DNA of 64,000 nt, from NCBI GenBank assembly GCA_047947115.1, contig CP170459.1, positions 864,001 to 928,000 on the forward strand, written 5' to 3'. The notes beneath the pieces were generated by a model. The model worked only from the letters and a program-made list of their open reading frames with translations, searched no databases and was not told the origin of the DNA. Of the stretch, positions 21,811-32,156 are shown in pieces. Made by a program: the position numbers and the translations under genes. Source of the stretch: Verrucomicrobiota bacterium. GTDB taxonomy: Bacteria > Verrucomicrobiota > Verrucomicrobiia > Limisphaerales > AAA164-E04. Position 1 is the first letter of the stretch; each line of letters opens with the position of its first letter.

Positions 21811-22719
21811 TTATCGAGCAGTTCTGCGCAAGCTGTTCAGAAGACCCAAAAGGCATCCCGCGACCAAGCCACCAATATGGGCTGTGTTGGCAACGCGCAT
21901 TCCGAACCCGGCCTCAAGGGCGCCCGACACCCCCAGCCCCAGCCAAAGCAGCATCATGAACACGACTCCCTGTGGCATGAACATTCCGGCTAAGGGATCG
22001 AACTTTCCTTTCATCCAGATGTATCCGAGCAAACCAAAGACCACGCCTGAGATCCCATAAAACATGGGGCCTGAGATGTAATACTGCGCGAGATTGGATA
22101 CCCCACCTGTTACAAGTACCACCACGACCAGCCATTTCCAACCCTGACGATATTCGATAATGGTTCCCAAAATACGCATCCACATCAGATTAAAAAAGAT
22201 GTGAATAAAAGAACCATGCATGAAAATGGGAGTAATCACACGCCAAACTTGTCCCTGCCTCACTTCTGGCAACCCAAGCGATCCTCCTCCGCGTTGGTAT
22301 TTGGATATGCCGAGCCATTTGAAAACCAATTCCTCATTCCAGAAAGACTGCAACAGAAACACCACACCGCAAATAACCATCAATATGAGTGTCAGACGTC
22401 CGGTGGAAACCTCGGGGCCGGGATTGGTAATCTCCCGACTGTCCTTCACTTTTTTAGCGTAAGCCTCTTTTTCAAGGGCTTCCCTGAGGCGTTGTTCCTT
22501 GGCCTTGGAGGCCGCATCGACAAAATGTTGGCCTTTTGGATTCGACTGAAATTCTCTGAGATAATCCTTCCCTCTTTCGACCTGGTCTTCGGATTGAATC
22601 CAGACCTCAAAACGATCACCCTGTTCACGATCCACCTGGTTGCCAATCCCCTGCGCATACAGAAAATCACCAAACGTGCGCGCATGATCCGCGCCTTGTA
22701 TATAACCTATCAATCTCAT
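21811..22719 (-). CDS. Rhomboid intramembrane serine protease, GlpG-like with N-terminal soluble domain
   Basis: WRVITPIFMH, HIFFN, GISG catalytic Ser, AHIGG catalytic His. Confidence 0.92.
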   Translation of the reverse strand: MRLIGYIQGADHARTFGDFLYAQGIGNQVDREQGDRFEVWIQSEDQVERGKDYLREFQSNPKGQHFVDAASKAKEQRLREALEKEAYAKKVKDSREITNPGPEVSTGRLTLILMVICGVVFLLQSFWNEELVFKWLGISKYQRGGGSLGLPEVRQGQVWRVITPIFMHGSFIHIFFNLMWMRILGTIIEYRQGWKWLVVVVLVTGGVSNLAQYYISGPMFYGISGVVFGLLGYIWMKGKFDPLAGMFMPQGVVFMMLLWLGLGVSGALEAGFGMRVANTAHIGGLVAGCLLGLLNSLRRTAR

Positions 22720-22811
22720 GTTGCCTTTGAGTCCGGTGTTCCCCTGTGGAAAAGTCGCCAAAGAGGGGTATCCTCAACCATTTTCTCTTCCGAAACCAGC
22801 AAAAGTCTCCA

Positions 22812-25475
22812 TCATTGAGATTCCTCTCTCCCATCAGATAGAGGAGGGAAAGAAATCTCCGACCGGAAATACCGCGGACCGGTTCCTGGCAACCCAACTT
22901 CCCATTTCCACAATCCACGGCCATCATCAACGATTTCCAAAGGATCAACCGCTTGCCACTCGGCGTCGGGTTGAATGCTTGAGGCATACCTCAATTGAAA
23001 GCTCACTTCTGGATGATGGATTTTTGGAAAAGACAGAGTGAAATCCTCACGATTGATCCGCATCCGCCATTCATCAAACCGGATGGTTGGATCGGTTCCC
23101 AGGAAAAACTCGGCTCCATTGGTCCAGCCATCGCCATCGGCATCCTCATCGGGTTCGGTGCCTCCGGCAGCCTGATCACCAAACGCAGTGCTTTGCCACT
23201 GCTCATAGGTCCTGGACGAATTCAATGAAGTGATCCATGCCTGCATCAATTCGATCCCTGCATCATCCAGCACGTGACTACCCACCGGTGGCATACGTTT
23301 GGAACTTGCCTTGGAAATGCGTTGATACATCTCCGAACGATCAAGGTCGCCCGGAACAATCACGCGTTGTTCCACCGCTCCCTCATCCCGCACCAGGATG
23401 CCATTGAGAAGACCGGCTTCCAGCAAAGGAGTTTCGTAACGGGCATCCCAATAACCCAGGGCTTCCCCACCAGGTCGATGGCATTGTGAACAATTGGCGG
23501 CCAAATACGATTTCACGCGATGCGTCAGACTCGCCGAAGCATCACTCACGGCAACCATCGCCGGTAATTTTTCAATGTCACCGGGTTGCCCATCGAGATA
23601 GCCCATCTTATCGAGCCATTCAAGCTGCGAAACAGATGCTCCATCTCTCAAGACTTCACGATTCAACTGCGCAGTGTGGAATGCCAGGGCTTGGCCGGAG
23701 GTGGCGGTGTGGCACGCCAGGCATTCGCTCCGGCTCGGGTATCGCCATACCTGCTCAATGGTCTGATCACCATCCTGAATCACAAAGGTCTCGTCCTTTC
23801 CTGATGCATCGACCAAATGGGCGTTCTCCTGCTCCTCATCCCATCGATAAGTCAATCCGTAGATCCCACGCTCGCTCTTGACCAGAAACCGTGTTTCCAA
23901 TCGCCGCTTGCTGGACGGGTCACCACGAACCAACTCCAAGTCAAAATGCTTGATCCAAACCATTCCAGCGGGAAATGACCAAAGCCCCTGCGCACTCCAC
24001 CCGACAAGCCCCTCCGGATTAGGCACGGAAAACCAGCGGGATTTGATTGCATGATCCGACCAGAATGGTGTGTTGATTTCGTAGGGTATGATACCTTCGT
24101 GAGGCTCGAGTGTTTCAAGATCCCTGAATGCTCCAGTTTCTGCCAAAGTAGCTGGCAATGGAACTTCGGGGGTGGTCTCCGCTGCCACCAGACGCAAGAT
24201 GCGTCCGGAACCATGATCCGCCATCAATATGTCTCCCTGACGGGGATCGATCCCAAACCCTGCAATCCCGGAATCCCGCGCAAGATTCCACCATTGGATG
24301 ACCCGTTCGCCATCATGATGCAGTGCCCATATGTGACCGCTGACAAAATCCGCAAAAATGTAGGCCCCATACAATTCGCTATGAAGATTGCCTCGATAAA
24401 CCACGCCTCCGGTGATGGAGTTCCCTTGATTCAGGCGGGAACCGTGCTCGTATTCGAGCAAGGGAGGAATGTCTTCAAATCCCTCTGGCGCGCGACGAAT
24501 CCCCGGACCATTCATGGTACCTTCCTTGAAATACCAGCCGTAGTTGCCCCCCTTGACGATGATGTCCACTTCTTCCAGACGACCCTGCCCAACATCCCCC
24601 GCGTATAGCCTGCCCGTGACCGAATCGAACGACATGCGCCAGGGATTACGCAAGCCCACCGCCCAGAATTCCGTGCGTACTTTTGCTTTCTCGACCGGAC
24701 TGCCGAGGAATGAATCGGCATCCACAAAAGGATTGTCCTTGGGCACCAAATAATGTCCGATCACGCTTGGGTGTGGATTTGGAGGTAAGTTCCCCGGCAA
24801 TTCATCCACATCAATACGCAAAATCGCGGCAAAGAAATCCTTATCGATCTGTTGACTATTGCGAAAGGAATCGTTTGCGGCACCTTCGTCACCCAGAGCC
24901 ACGTAGAGGTAACCATCAGGCCCGAAATGCAGATCGCCTCCGTTGTGGTTGGAGGCTTCATCGTGTTGGTTGATGAGGATGGTTTCCGAGTCCGGCAAGC
25001 CGATGAAGGGTTGCTCAGGATCGACCTGAAACCTGGACAATCGATTGGGAGCACCCGATTCGTTGGCGGTATAAAACACAAAGAACAATCCATTCTCCTG
25101 AAAGCGCGGATGAAACGCCAACCCCAGCAAACCCTGCTCACCATTCCCTGATCCGGATCGCACACGCGATGAAATGTTCAGGAAGACATCGTCAGAAATT
25201 TCGGTTTCACCAAAGGTCATCATTCGGATACGCCCGGTTTTCTCAACGATAAACACCCGGTCCAGATGCCCCGGCATCTGAACGATACCGACGGGTGAAG
25301 AAAACCTTTTTCCCGGAAAAGCATCCTCCAGCTGATAATCCCCGGCAGGTAAAATTGGAGGCAGCGTCAAAGTGTTGTTACCGGGATGGGTTGCCCCGGA
25401 CGCAACGCCGGACAGCAGGCAGCATAACGCGAGACCCGCTTTGATGAGGCACTTTCCTTTGAATTCAAAAATCAT
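22812..25475 (-). CDS. PQQ-dependent glucose/sorbosone dehydrogenase family protein fused to a diheme cytochrome c domain
   Basis: GEQGLLGLAFHP, NHNGGDLHFGPDGYLY, GLRNPWRMSFD; CLACH and CSQCH; C-terminal DADGDG/GTDP tail. Start uncertain. Confidence 0.9.
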   Translation of the reverse strand: MIFEFKGKCLIKAGLALCCLLSGVASGATHPGNNTLTLPPILPAGDYQLEDAFPGKRFSSPVGIVQMPGHLDRVFIVEKTGRIRMMTFGETEISDDVFLNISSRVRSGSGNGEQGLLGLAFHPRFQENGLFFVFYTANESGAPNRLSRFQVDPEQPFIGLPDSETILINQHDEASNHNGGDLHFGPDGYLYVALGDEGAANDSFRNSQQIDKDFFAAILRIDVDELPGNLPPNPHPSVIGHYLVPKDNPFVDADSFLGSPVEKAKVRTEFWAVGLRNPWRMSFDSVTGRLYAGDVGQGRLEEVDIIVKGGNYGWYFKEGTMNGPGIRRAPEGFEDIPPLLEYEHGSRLNQGNSITGGVVYRGNLHSELYGAYIFADFVSGHIWALHHDGERVIQWWNLARDSGIAGFGIDPRQGDILMADHGSGRILRLVAAETTPEVPLPATLAETGAFRDLETLEPHEGIIPYEINTPFWSDHAIKSRWFSVPNPEGLVGWSAQGLWSFPAGMVWIKHFDLELVRGDPSSKRRLETRFLVKSERGIYGLTYRWDEEQENAHLVDASGKDETFVIQDGDQTIEQVWRYPSRSECLACHTATSGQALAFHTAQLNREVLRDGASVSQLEWLDKMGYLDGQPGDIEKLPAMVAVSDASASLTHRVKSYLAANCSQCHRPGGEALGYWDARYETPLLEAGLLNGILVRDEGAVEQRVIVPGDLDRSEMYQRISKASSKRMPPVGSHVLDDAGIELMQAWITSLNSSRTYEQWQSTAFGDQAAGGTEPDEDADGDGWTNGAEFFLGTDPTIRFDEWRMRINREDFTLSFPKIHHPEVSFQLRYASSIQPDAEWQAVDPLEIVDDGRGLWKWEVGLPGTGPRYFRSEISFPPLSDGREESQ

Positions 25476-25555
25476 GAAGCAATCCTTCCACGCTTGGAGC
25501 ATTTGTCACCCCTTAACTTTGAAAACAATCTTACAAAAGATGTCGGGCGGTTGTT

Positions 25556-26032
25556 TCAAAGCCGATGCTTCATGGAAAGTTTTTCGATTTTTTCGGCGAG
25601 CAAATGTTTGTGCCGCATGGCCTCATCCCATTCACGTTCACTGCCATGTGAATCACCTTTTCGCTCCAACATTTCAGCGCGTTTCTGATGGAACCGGGAC
25701 AGGGCTGCGAGGCCCTGGAGATAAGACTGGTCACGGTCGGCATTGACCTGCTCTTCAAGCACCTGATTCGCATATTTCAAATGCATCTGCTGGGCTCTCA
25801 GTTCCTGACGCTGCAAATACAAGGCCCAAGTGATGAGGATGCAGGCCAATCCACTGAGAATGGAGGTCAAAGCACCAAAGGATTCTCCAAACTGCGCACG
25901 ACGATCGATGCGCCACATCAGTCCAGCCGCATCGAGCCCTTTATCAAGCAAATAGGGATACAACACGCAAAGTCCCAAAGTAGCGGACAAGGCAGTCAAC
26001 CAAAACCGGGTAGTTAATCTAGATTCATTCAT
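25556..26032 (-). CDS. Hypothetical membrane protein
   Basis: Two TM segments with FGESFGALTSILSGLA..LQRQEL, followed by a coiled coil. Confidence 0.7.
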   Translation of the reverse strand: MNESRLTTRFWLTALSATLGLCVLYPYLLDKGLDAAGLMWRIDRRAQFGESFGALTSILSGLACILITWALYLQRQELRAQQMHLKYANQVLEEQVNADRDQSYLQGLAALSRFHQKRAEMLERKGDSHGSEREWDEAMRHKHLLAEKIEKLSMKHRL

Positions 26033-26342
26033 AAGCGTTTCTCCAATCAATATATACATACGCCAAACCAATAAAACTGTCATTTTAAATGTCGCCGCAC
26101 ATAGCCGTGCAGAGCAGGTGACCGATATCCATACAGGATCCTGCTACCCTACCGTCACGTCGCAGCAGTTCGGTCGGAGACTACCGCCTTGGATAAGTCA
26201 GGCTAAGGTCTTGTAAATCGCGCTATTCAAAAACCACACAATACCGGAAGCACCAACTGCGCTTTATGCTTGGATATTCGCTCTCAGTCCGATTCAATCA
26301 TGGCATCCCGAATCGGACATTCTGAACAAAAAGGAATTTCGT

Positions 26343-27641
26343 ATGAAAAAGAACACGACCTTTGAATACCTATCGCCCGTGCGTCGCCGTGCGTTCATCG
26401 GACAACTGTTCGCAGCAGCCGGCTTCGCAACTGTGGACATGCGACGAACATTCGCGGCAGATAAGGCCGGCGATCAACCTTATCCCGGTTTCGTCTCACC
26501 CCACGCGCAGGAATGGAGCACGTTCAAACCGGAGATTCGCATCACTCGGCTGGAAACCTTTTTGATCCAGCCCCGGTGGTTGTTTCTGAAAATACACACC
26601 GACGCCGGCATCATAGGTCTGGGTGAACCCATCACCGAAGGCCGCGCCAAAACATGCGCCGCGGCGGTGGCTGAAATGGAACCTTACCTCGTCGGCAAAG
26701 ATCCACGCCATGTAGTGCATCATTGGCAGGCCCTGTACCGTCACACTTTTTACCGGGGAGGTCCGGTCCTGACCAGCGCCCTCAGCGGTATCGAACAGGC
26801 ATTGTGGGATATCAAGGGCAAGGCACTCGGCGTTCCTGTGTATGAATTGCTGGGAGGCCCGACCCGTGATCGCGTCAGGGTTTATGCACACGTCGGTAAC
26901 GATCCCGAACGCATCAAAGCCCGAAAAGCGGAAGGGTTCACCGCTTTCAAAACCGGGGTTCATTCTCGCAACGAACTGGGAGTGGTCGCATCTCAAGCCG
27001 ACATCGAAATGGCGGCAGAAACTTTTGCCCGGATTCGTGAGGCGGGTGGCAAGGATGTGGATATCGGGATCGATTTCCACGGCGCCATTTCGCCACAGAA
27101 CGCCAAACTTCTCATCAAGGTATTGGAACCCTATCAACCCCTGTTCATCGAAGAACCGGTCCAGTGCCAGAACGTGGATATCATGGCGGATATCGCCCGA
27201 GGCACCCATCTGCCTATTGCCACCGGCGAACGCATCTTCACCAAATGGGGATTCCGTGAGATACTTGAAAAAGGCGCCGCCAGCATCCTGCAACCCGATC
27301 TATGCCATGCAGGCGGGATCCTTGAGACACGTTTGATCGCCGGGATGGCCGAAGCCTATTATGCATCGATCGCACCGCACAATCCGCTTGGCCCGATTTC
27401 GCTGGCAGCCGGATTGCAGGTAGCCGCGTCAGTGCCCAACTTCCTCTGCCAGGAACAAGTCAGCCTGGGTGATGGTTATTTGAAACAACCTTTCAAAGTC
27501 GAAAAAGGCTATGTCAAAGTCCCCACCGCACCAGGCCTCGGTATCGAGCTGGATGAAGAGGCCATTCAGGATAAACTCGGTCACGACTGGCGCAATCCCG
27601 AAACCTACGACGAACGCGACGGATCCGTCGTGGATTGGTAA
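26343..27641 (+). CDS. dgoD: Galactonate dehydratase-like enolase-superfamily enzyme with Tat-type leader
   Basis: PRWLFLKIHTDAGIIGLGEP, FYRGGPVLTSALSGIEQALWDIKGK, DFHG, EEP, ATGER, APHNPLGP, DGSVVDW C-terminus. Confidence 0.85.
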   Translation: MKKNTTFEYLSPVRRRAFIGQLFAAAGFATVDMRRTFAADKAGDQPYPGFVSPHAQEWSTFKPEIRITRLETFLIQPRWLFLKIHTDAGIIGLGEPITEGRAKTCAAAVAEMEPYLVGKDPRHVVHHWQALYRHTFYRGGPVLTSALSGIEQALWDIKGKALGVPVYELLGGPTRDRVRVYAHVGNDPERIKARKAEGFTAFKTGVHSRNELGVVASQADIEMAAETFARIREAGGKDVDIGIDFHGAISPQNAKLLIKVLEPYQPLFIEEPVQCQNVDIMADIARGTHLPIATGERIFTKWGFREILEKGAASILQPDLCHAGGILETRLIAGMAEAYYASIAPHNPLGPISLAAGLQVAASVPNFLCQEQVSLGDGYLKQPFKVEKGYVKVPTAPGLGIELDEEAIQDKLGHDWRNPETYDERDGSVVDW

Positions 27642-27667
27642 CACCTTTTACAATGAACAAAAGTATC

Positions 27668-30304
27668 ATGAATAAAAAACTACTCGGACTGGGCTGTGCC
27701 ATCGGCTTGACCAGCCTGGCAACCCAGGCCCAGCATGAAGTCGTTCCTCTGGAGTTGTTCCACACTCTGGAAGGACTGGAAGTCACGCTATGGGCTCAAT
27801 CCCCCATGATCTACAACCCGGCCAATATGGACATCGACAAAGATGGCCGTATCTGGGTCACCGAAGGAGTGAACTATCGCGGACACTACGACCGCAAACC
27901 GGAAGGTGACCGCGTCGTGGTGCTGGAAGACACGGATCGCGACGGAAAAGCAGACAAGGAATGGGCCTTCGTCCAGGAAGAATTCCTGCGCTGCCCCATG
28001 GGAATCGCCGTCATCGACAACAAGGTGGTCGTTTCCATGACACCCGATTTGATCGTTTACACCGATGTGGATCGTGATCTCAAATTCAATCCTGAAGTGG
28101 ATAAACGCGAAGTATTGCTCACCGGATTCAACGGACGCGTCCACGATCACAGCCTGCACTCCGTCACCGTCGGCCCCGATGGCCAATGGTATTTTAACGC
28201 CGGCAACTGCGGCTCGGTCTTCACTGATCGATCCGGTCGTACTTTCCGCATGGGCAGCGCCTACATGACGCAGGAAGTAGCCGGTCAGAAGAGCGATGAC
28301 GGTCACGTCTACATAGGCGCTTTCACCGCCCGCATGAATCCTGACGGAAGTTGGGTAAACATCATCGGACACAATTACCGCAACAGCTACGAACAAACCG
28401 TCACCTCATTTGGCGACGTGTTCCAAAATGACAACGATGATCCACCCGCCGCGCGCACGGGCTTCCTGATGGAATACGGCAACGCCGGTTTCAGCAGCTT
28501 CGACGGCAAACGCTCCTGGGGAGCGGACCGACGTCCCGGCCAAACCACCCCTATCGCGGAATGGCGTCAGGAAGACCCCGGCACCATGCCTCCAGGAGAT
28601 GTTTACGGTGGCGGGGCGCCCACAGGGATTGCCTATTACGAAAACGGTGCGCTCGGCAAGGGGTACCAAGGCATGTTGCTGTCCTGCGAACCCGCCCGTA
28701 ACACGGTGTTCGGTTACCTCCCGACCAATCAAGGAGCCGGATTCAAATTGGAACGATTCAATTTCCTGACCACCAACAGTGATGAAGAGTTCTCCGGCGC
28801 GGACTTCACCGGCGGCGGCCGCAACATGACCAACGAAAAGAAAACTTTGTTTCGTCCTTCCGACGTTGCCATCGGACCGGACGGCGCAGTGTATGTCACC
28901 GACTGGTATGATGCTCGTGTCGGGGGACATGGTGATTTGGATGACACTCTTTCCGGTGCCATTTATCGTGTGGCGCCGAAGGGATTCAAACCCGAGGTCC
29001 CCAAATATGACATCAATAACAGCGCAGCCCATGCAAGCGCTTTGTTGAGCCCTGCCATCAATGTCCGTGCTATTGCCGCATCCAAATTGCGTGAATCAGG
29101 CGAATTCTCTGTAAACGAGGTGTCAACTCTTCTGGAAAAGGAAAACCCCTATTTTCGAGCGCGCGCAGTGTGGGTTCTTAGTGAAATGGGAGAAGCCGGA
29201 CTTCGTCAAGTAAGGCGTCAACTGAATAGCGACGACGAACAAACACGTGTCGTCGCCTACCGCGCATTGCGCCGGCAAGGTAAAGGCCTGATCCGCCTTT
29301 CAAAACGCATGGCCAAAGATCCCTCCCCTGCGGTACGCCGCGAAGTGGCTCTGGCAATGAGGGACATTCCATTTGCTCGCGCCAAGGAGGTGCTGGTGGA
29401 AGTGGCCAAAGGATATGATGGTTCAGATCGTTATTACCTCGAAGCACTCGGCACCGGCGCGACCAGCAAGGAAAGCAAACTCTACGATGTCCTGTTATCC
29501 GAACTCGGCAGTCAGGACGCCACCAACTGGTCCCAGGCATTCGCCAACATCGCCTGGCGTTTGCATCCGGAGCAATCCGCCAAAGCATTCACCGCTCGCG
29601 CTCTTTCCGATAACTTGAGCGAAGACGACCGCAAGGCCGCACTCGTGGCCCTGGCCTACAACGGGACTCAGGAAGCGGTCAACGGCATCGTGGAAGCTGC
29701 CTCCAAAACAACCGGCATGGTGAAAGCCCACGCCGTCTGGTGGTTGCTGAATCGCAAAGGAAGTCTCTGGGCGGATTACAATCTGGATGCAGCATTGAAA
29801 GAGCAGGGTATTTACGATCCCGACAGCGTACAGGTCGTTCCCATGCAAATCCCTAAAGCACCGGCATCCCAGCTTCCGGCTATTGAGGACATTCTGAAAC
29901 TCAAAGGCGATGCGGAAAAAGGCAAACTTCTGACAACTGCGTGCTACATGTGCCATAAGGTGGGCGAAAACGGCATCGACTATGGACCGGACATCACCGC
30001 ATTCGCGCGGGCACAAACCTCTGAAGTCGTTCTGCGCGCGATCATCGATCCTTCAGCGGAAATTTCCCACGGCTACGAAGGTTCCGTCATCACAACAAAA
30101 GATGAAGAAATCGTTCATGGACGGGTGCTCTCCCGATCCGATCCCGTCATCGTCCAATGTCAGGGAGGGGTCATGCAAATGATTCCGAAAGACAAAGTGG
30201 AATCCATACGGGGACTGCGCCGTTCGCTGATGTTAAGCGGCGAACAACTCGGCATGGATGCCCAGGCCCTGGCTGATGTATTGGCCTATTTGAAAACACT
30301 CTGA
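27668..30304 (+). CDS. PVC-type membrane-bound dehydrogenase-like protein (beta-propeller + HEAT + heme c domain)
   Basis: NMDIDKDGRIWVTEGVNYR, RNSYE, FRPSDVAIGPDGAVYVTDWYD, HEAT repeats, GDAEKGK..CYMCH..GPD. Confidence 0.9.
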   Translation: MNKKLLGLGCAIGLTSLATQAQHEVVPLELFHTLEGLEVTLWAQSPMIYNPANMDIDKDGRIWVTEGVNYRGHYDRKPEGDRVVVLEDTDRDGKADKEWAFVQEEFLRCPMGIAVIDNKVVVSMTPDLIVYTDVDRDLKFNPEVDKREVLLTGFNGRVHDHSLHSVTVGPDGQWYFNAGNCGSVFTDRSGRTFRMGSAYMTQEVAGQKSDDGHVYIGAFTARMNPDGSWVNIIGHNYRNSYEQTVTSFGDVFQNDNDDPPAARTGFLMEYGNAGFSSFDGKRSWGADRRPGQTTPIAEWRQEDPGTMPPGDVYGGGAPTGIAYYENGALGKGYQGMLLSCEPARNTVFGYLPTNQGAGFKLERFNFLTTNSDEEFSGADFTGGGRNMTNEKKTLFRPSDVAIGPDGAVYVTDWYDARVGGHGDLDDTLSGAIYRVAPKGFKPEVPKYDINNSAAHASALLSPAINVRAIAASKLRESGEFSVNEVSTLLEKENPYFRARAVWVLSEMGEAGLRQVRRQLNSDDEQTRVVAYRALRRQGKGLIRLSKRMAKDPSPAVRREVALAMRDIPFARAKEVLVEVAKGYDGSDRYYLEALGTGATSKESKLYDVLLSELGSQDATNWSQAFANIAWRLHPEQSAKAFTARALSDNLSEDDRKAALVALAYNGTQEAVNGIVEAASKTTGMVKAHAVWWLLNRKGSLWADYNLDAALKEQGIYDPDSVQVVPMQIPKAPASQLPAIEDILKLKGDAEKGKLLTTACYMCHKVGENGIDYGPDITAFARAQTSEVVLRAIIDPSAEISHGYEGSVITTKDEEIVHGRVLSRSDPVIVQCQGGVMQMIPKDKVESIRGLRRSLMLSGEQLGMDAQALADVLAYLKTL

Positions 30305-30324
30305 CCAAAATCGCAAAACACCAT

Positions 30325-30353
30325 GGGGGCGTCCACTGGGACGCCCCCTTTTT
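30325..30353 (+). terminator. Rho-independent terminator
   Basis: GGGGGCGTCC-actg-GGACGCCCCC hairpin followed by TTTTT, just after the stop at 30304. Confidence 0.85.
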
Positions 30354-30357
30354 GATC

Positions 30358-30732
30358 ATGCAAAGAGACGCACGCATTCCGATCATCGAAGTTCTCGAAA
30401 TGGCAGCCAGTGAAAATGGTTTGCCCCGGGAACTGATTGCCGGAGAAAACGTGCACGATGTCTCCCTCTACCACGACCTCATCGATCAAGGTTACCTGAT
30501 GGGAACCATCCTCAGCGATGGCAAACGCCCCTACTTCATCGAAGGTTGTCACATCACCACCAAAGGACGGGAATACTTGATGCAACTCAAAGGAAACGTC
30601 CGACAAAGACCACCCTTCTGGTCGGGAACTTTCAAATACACCCTGATCGGTTTTATCATTGGAACAACAATCGGACTGGTGGTCACGCTCTGGTGGATTC
30701 GTAAATTCGGAATGCCCGAGTGGATGAATTGA
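30358..30732 (+). CDS. Hypothetical protein, possible winged-helix fold plus C-terminal TM
   Basis: LIDQGYL..ITTKGREYL pattern and a hydrophobic C-terminal helix. Confidence 0.6.
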   Translation: MQRDARIPIIEVLEMAASENGLPRELIAGENVHDVSLYHDLIDQGYLMGTILSDGKRPYFIEGCHITTKGREYLMQLKGNVRQRPPFWSGTFKYTLIGFIIGTTIGLVVTLWWIRKFGMPEWMN

Positions 30733-30895
30733 ACCCATGTCTTTGGACTGCGGCAAGTCATTACCACTCTGGATACCTTGCGACAACTTTGTGGAATTCG
30801 GATCTTTCTGAATGTTCATCTACCCTTTTGGGCAAATTGCGGGGTGTCAGTTTGTCAGTTGAGATAATCTTACGCCAGGGGTATACGGACCGTAT

Positions 30896-30998
30896 CCAGA
30901 GCTCCGATGACTCGGAGCACTCCAGATGGCGCTGGCCTTGTTGAAAGCTTTTAAAGATCGAAGCAATTCTGGAGTGCTGGGGAAGTATCGCCGCTCTG
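30896..30998. repeat. Inverted pair of GGAG-type REP-like hairpins
   Basis: Reverse complement of 30896-30926 is TCTGGAGTGCTCCGAGTCATCGGAGCTCTGG; 30968-30998 is TCTGGAGTGCTGGGGAAGTATCGCCGCTCTG. Confidence 0.65.
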
Positions 30999-31120
30999 AA
31001 TGCCTCAGGTCAACGTCACAGGCTTTATATCAAAACGGCGGTCCACCGTTTCAAAGGTTAGCCACCGTTTCAATTCGATTTTCATAAACGTTTACCAACT
31101 TGGAAAACAGGAGTCGGGAT

Positions 31121-32038
31121 TCAATCATTTACGGCTTGGAATTTGGCATACCAACCGGCATAAGGAACCAGAAGCCCTTGCTCGCGCATCCGAATCTCGC
31201 TAACCGGATTTCTACCCCTCGGAGATTCCTCTCCATAATCCATGAGCTCCAACGGTAAATCTTCCATCCCTTTCATATTGTAAAACAACCGGTAAATCAG
31301 ACCATTAGCATTGGCCTTTCCTACGGCTGTAGCGAACTCGGTATGAAACCATTTCCAATCCCTTAAGCGCTCACGCAGGTTGTTTAATGCTTCATCTACC
31401 TGCGCATTCCACGTCACATCTGGAAACAGCACCTTTTGAATTCCCACATTTTCACTCACACGAGGTTCCCTGGATTTTGTTTCGCGAGCCACATGATGAA
31501 ATCGCCGAAAATCCCGAAAACAAAGCGCCACCAAAACCGGATCATGCCCGCGGTCATGCTCACTGAGAATGGTATGGAACTGTTTGAAGGGCAACGTCAG
31601 CCTGATCTCATCCTCAAAGAACCGTTCCAGGAACGTATGATTGAAGTGCGCAATCGATGGGAGGTCTCCCAATTCCGAAACACCCTTCTTCCTTTCCAAA
31701 TCCAACGCCAACTCCGATCCTGGTACCGGGCGCCACGGAAAATTCACCCTCCATTCCGCCAACTTCTCCATTTCCTCCTGAAGAGCTTTCATGCGGCGTT
31801 TATGCGGTGTCATGACGTATTCGATGCGTGATATATTGTAGTCAACGGCTTGAGCGTGACGATGTGAGATATGCATTAAAACGTTATGCACCCAATGACG
31901 AATCTCCCAATCACCGGGCTGCGGACCTCGATGTGACCAATAAACCCTTGAATCACCGAAAGTCAAAACCAGGAGACAAATCACCATTCCAAAAATCATC
32001 GCCCCAAAAAAAAGCTTCAACCGTTTTCGTTTAGTCAT
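31121..32038 (-). CDS. Unknown-family membrane-anchored paralog B4 (lacks the C-terminal module)
   Basis: N-terminal TM; LAEWRVNFPWRP, NHTFLERFFED, RGHDP, LLVPYAGW. Confidence 0.75.
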   Translation of the reverse strand: MTKRKRLKLFFGAMIFGMVICLLVLTFGDSRVYWSHRGPQPGDWEIRHWVHNVLMHISHRHAQAVDYNISRIEYVMTPHKRRMKALQEEMEKLAEWRVNFPWRPVPGSELALDLERKKGVSELGDLPSIAHFNHTFLERFFEDEIRLTLPFKQFHTILSEHDRGHDPVLVALCFRDFRRFHHVARETKSREPRVSENVGIQKVLFPDVTWNAQVDEALNNLRERLRDWKWFHTEFATAVGKANANGLIYRLFYNMKGMEDLPLELMDYGEESPRGRNPVSEIRMREQGLLVPYAGWYAKFQAVND

Positions 32039-32156
32039 AAGCAGGGAGGTCAAAATTTATTATCGCCAGGGTGTGTCACATCAATCGATCGACCGGCCAG
32101 GGATTTTTGATTGGCGTATATTGGACACCGTTGTGAGGTGATAATAATTCATTGAA

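Noticed and set aside
26120..26200. SAM-I-like riboswitch on the minus strand (cttatcc...ggata)
   Set aside because: Too short, lacks the GAGGGA/GCAAC core, and the downstream gene is unrelated to sulfur metabolism. An Infernal/Rfam scan would settle it.
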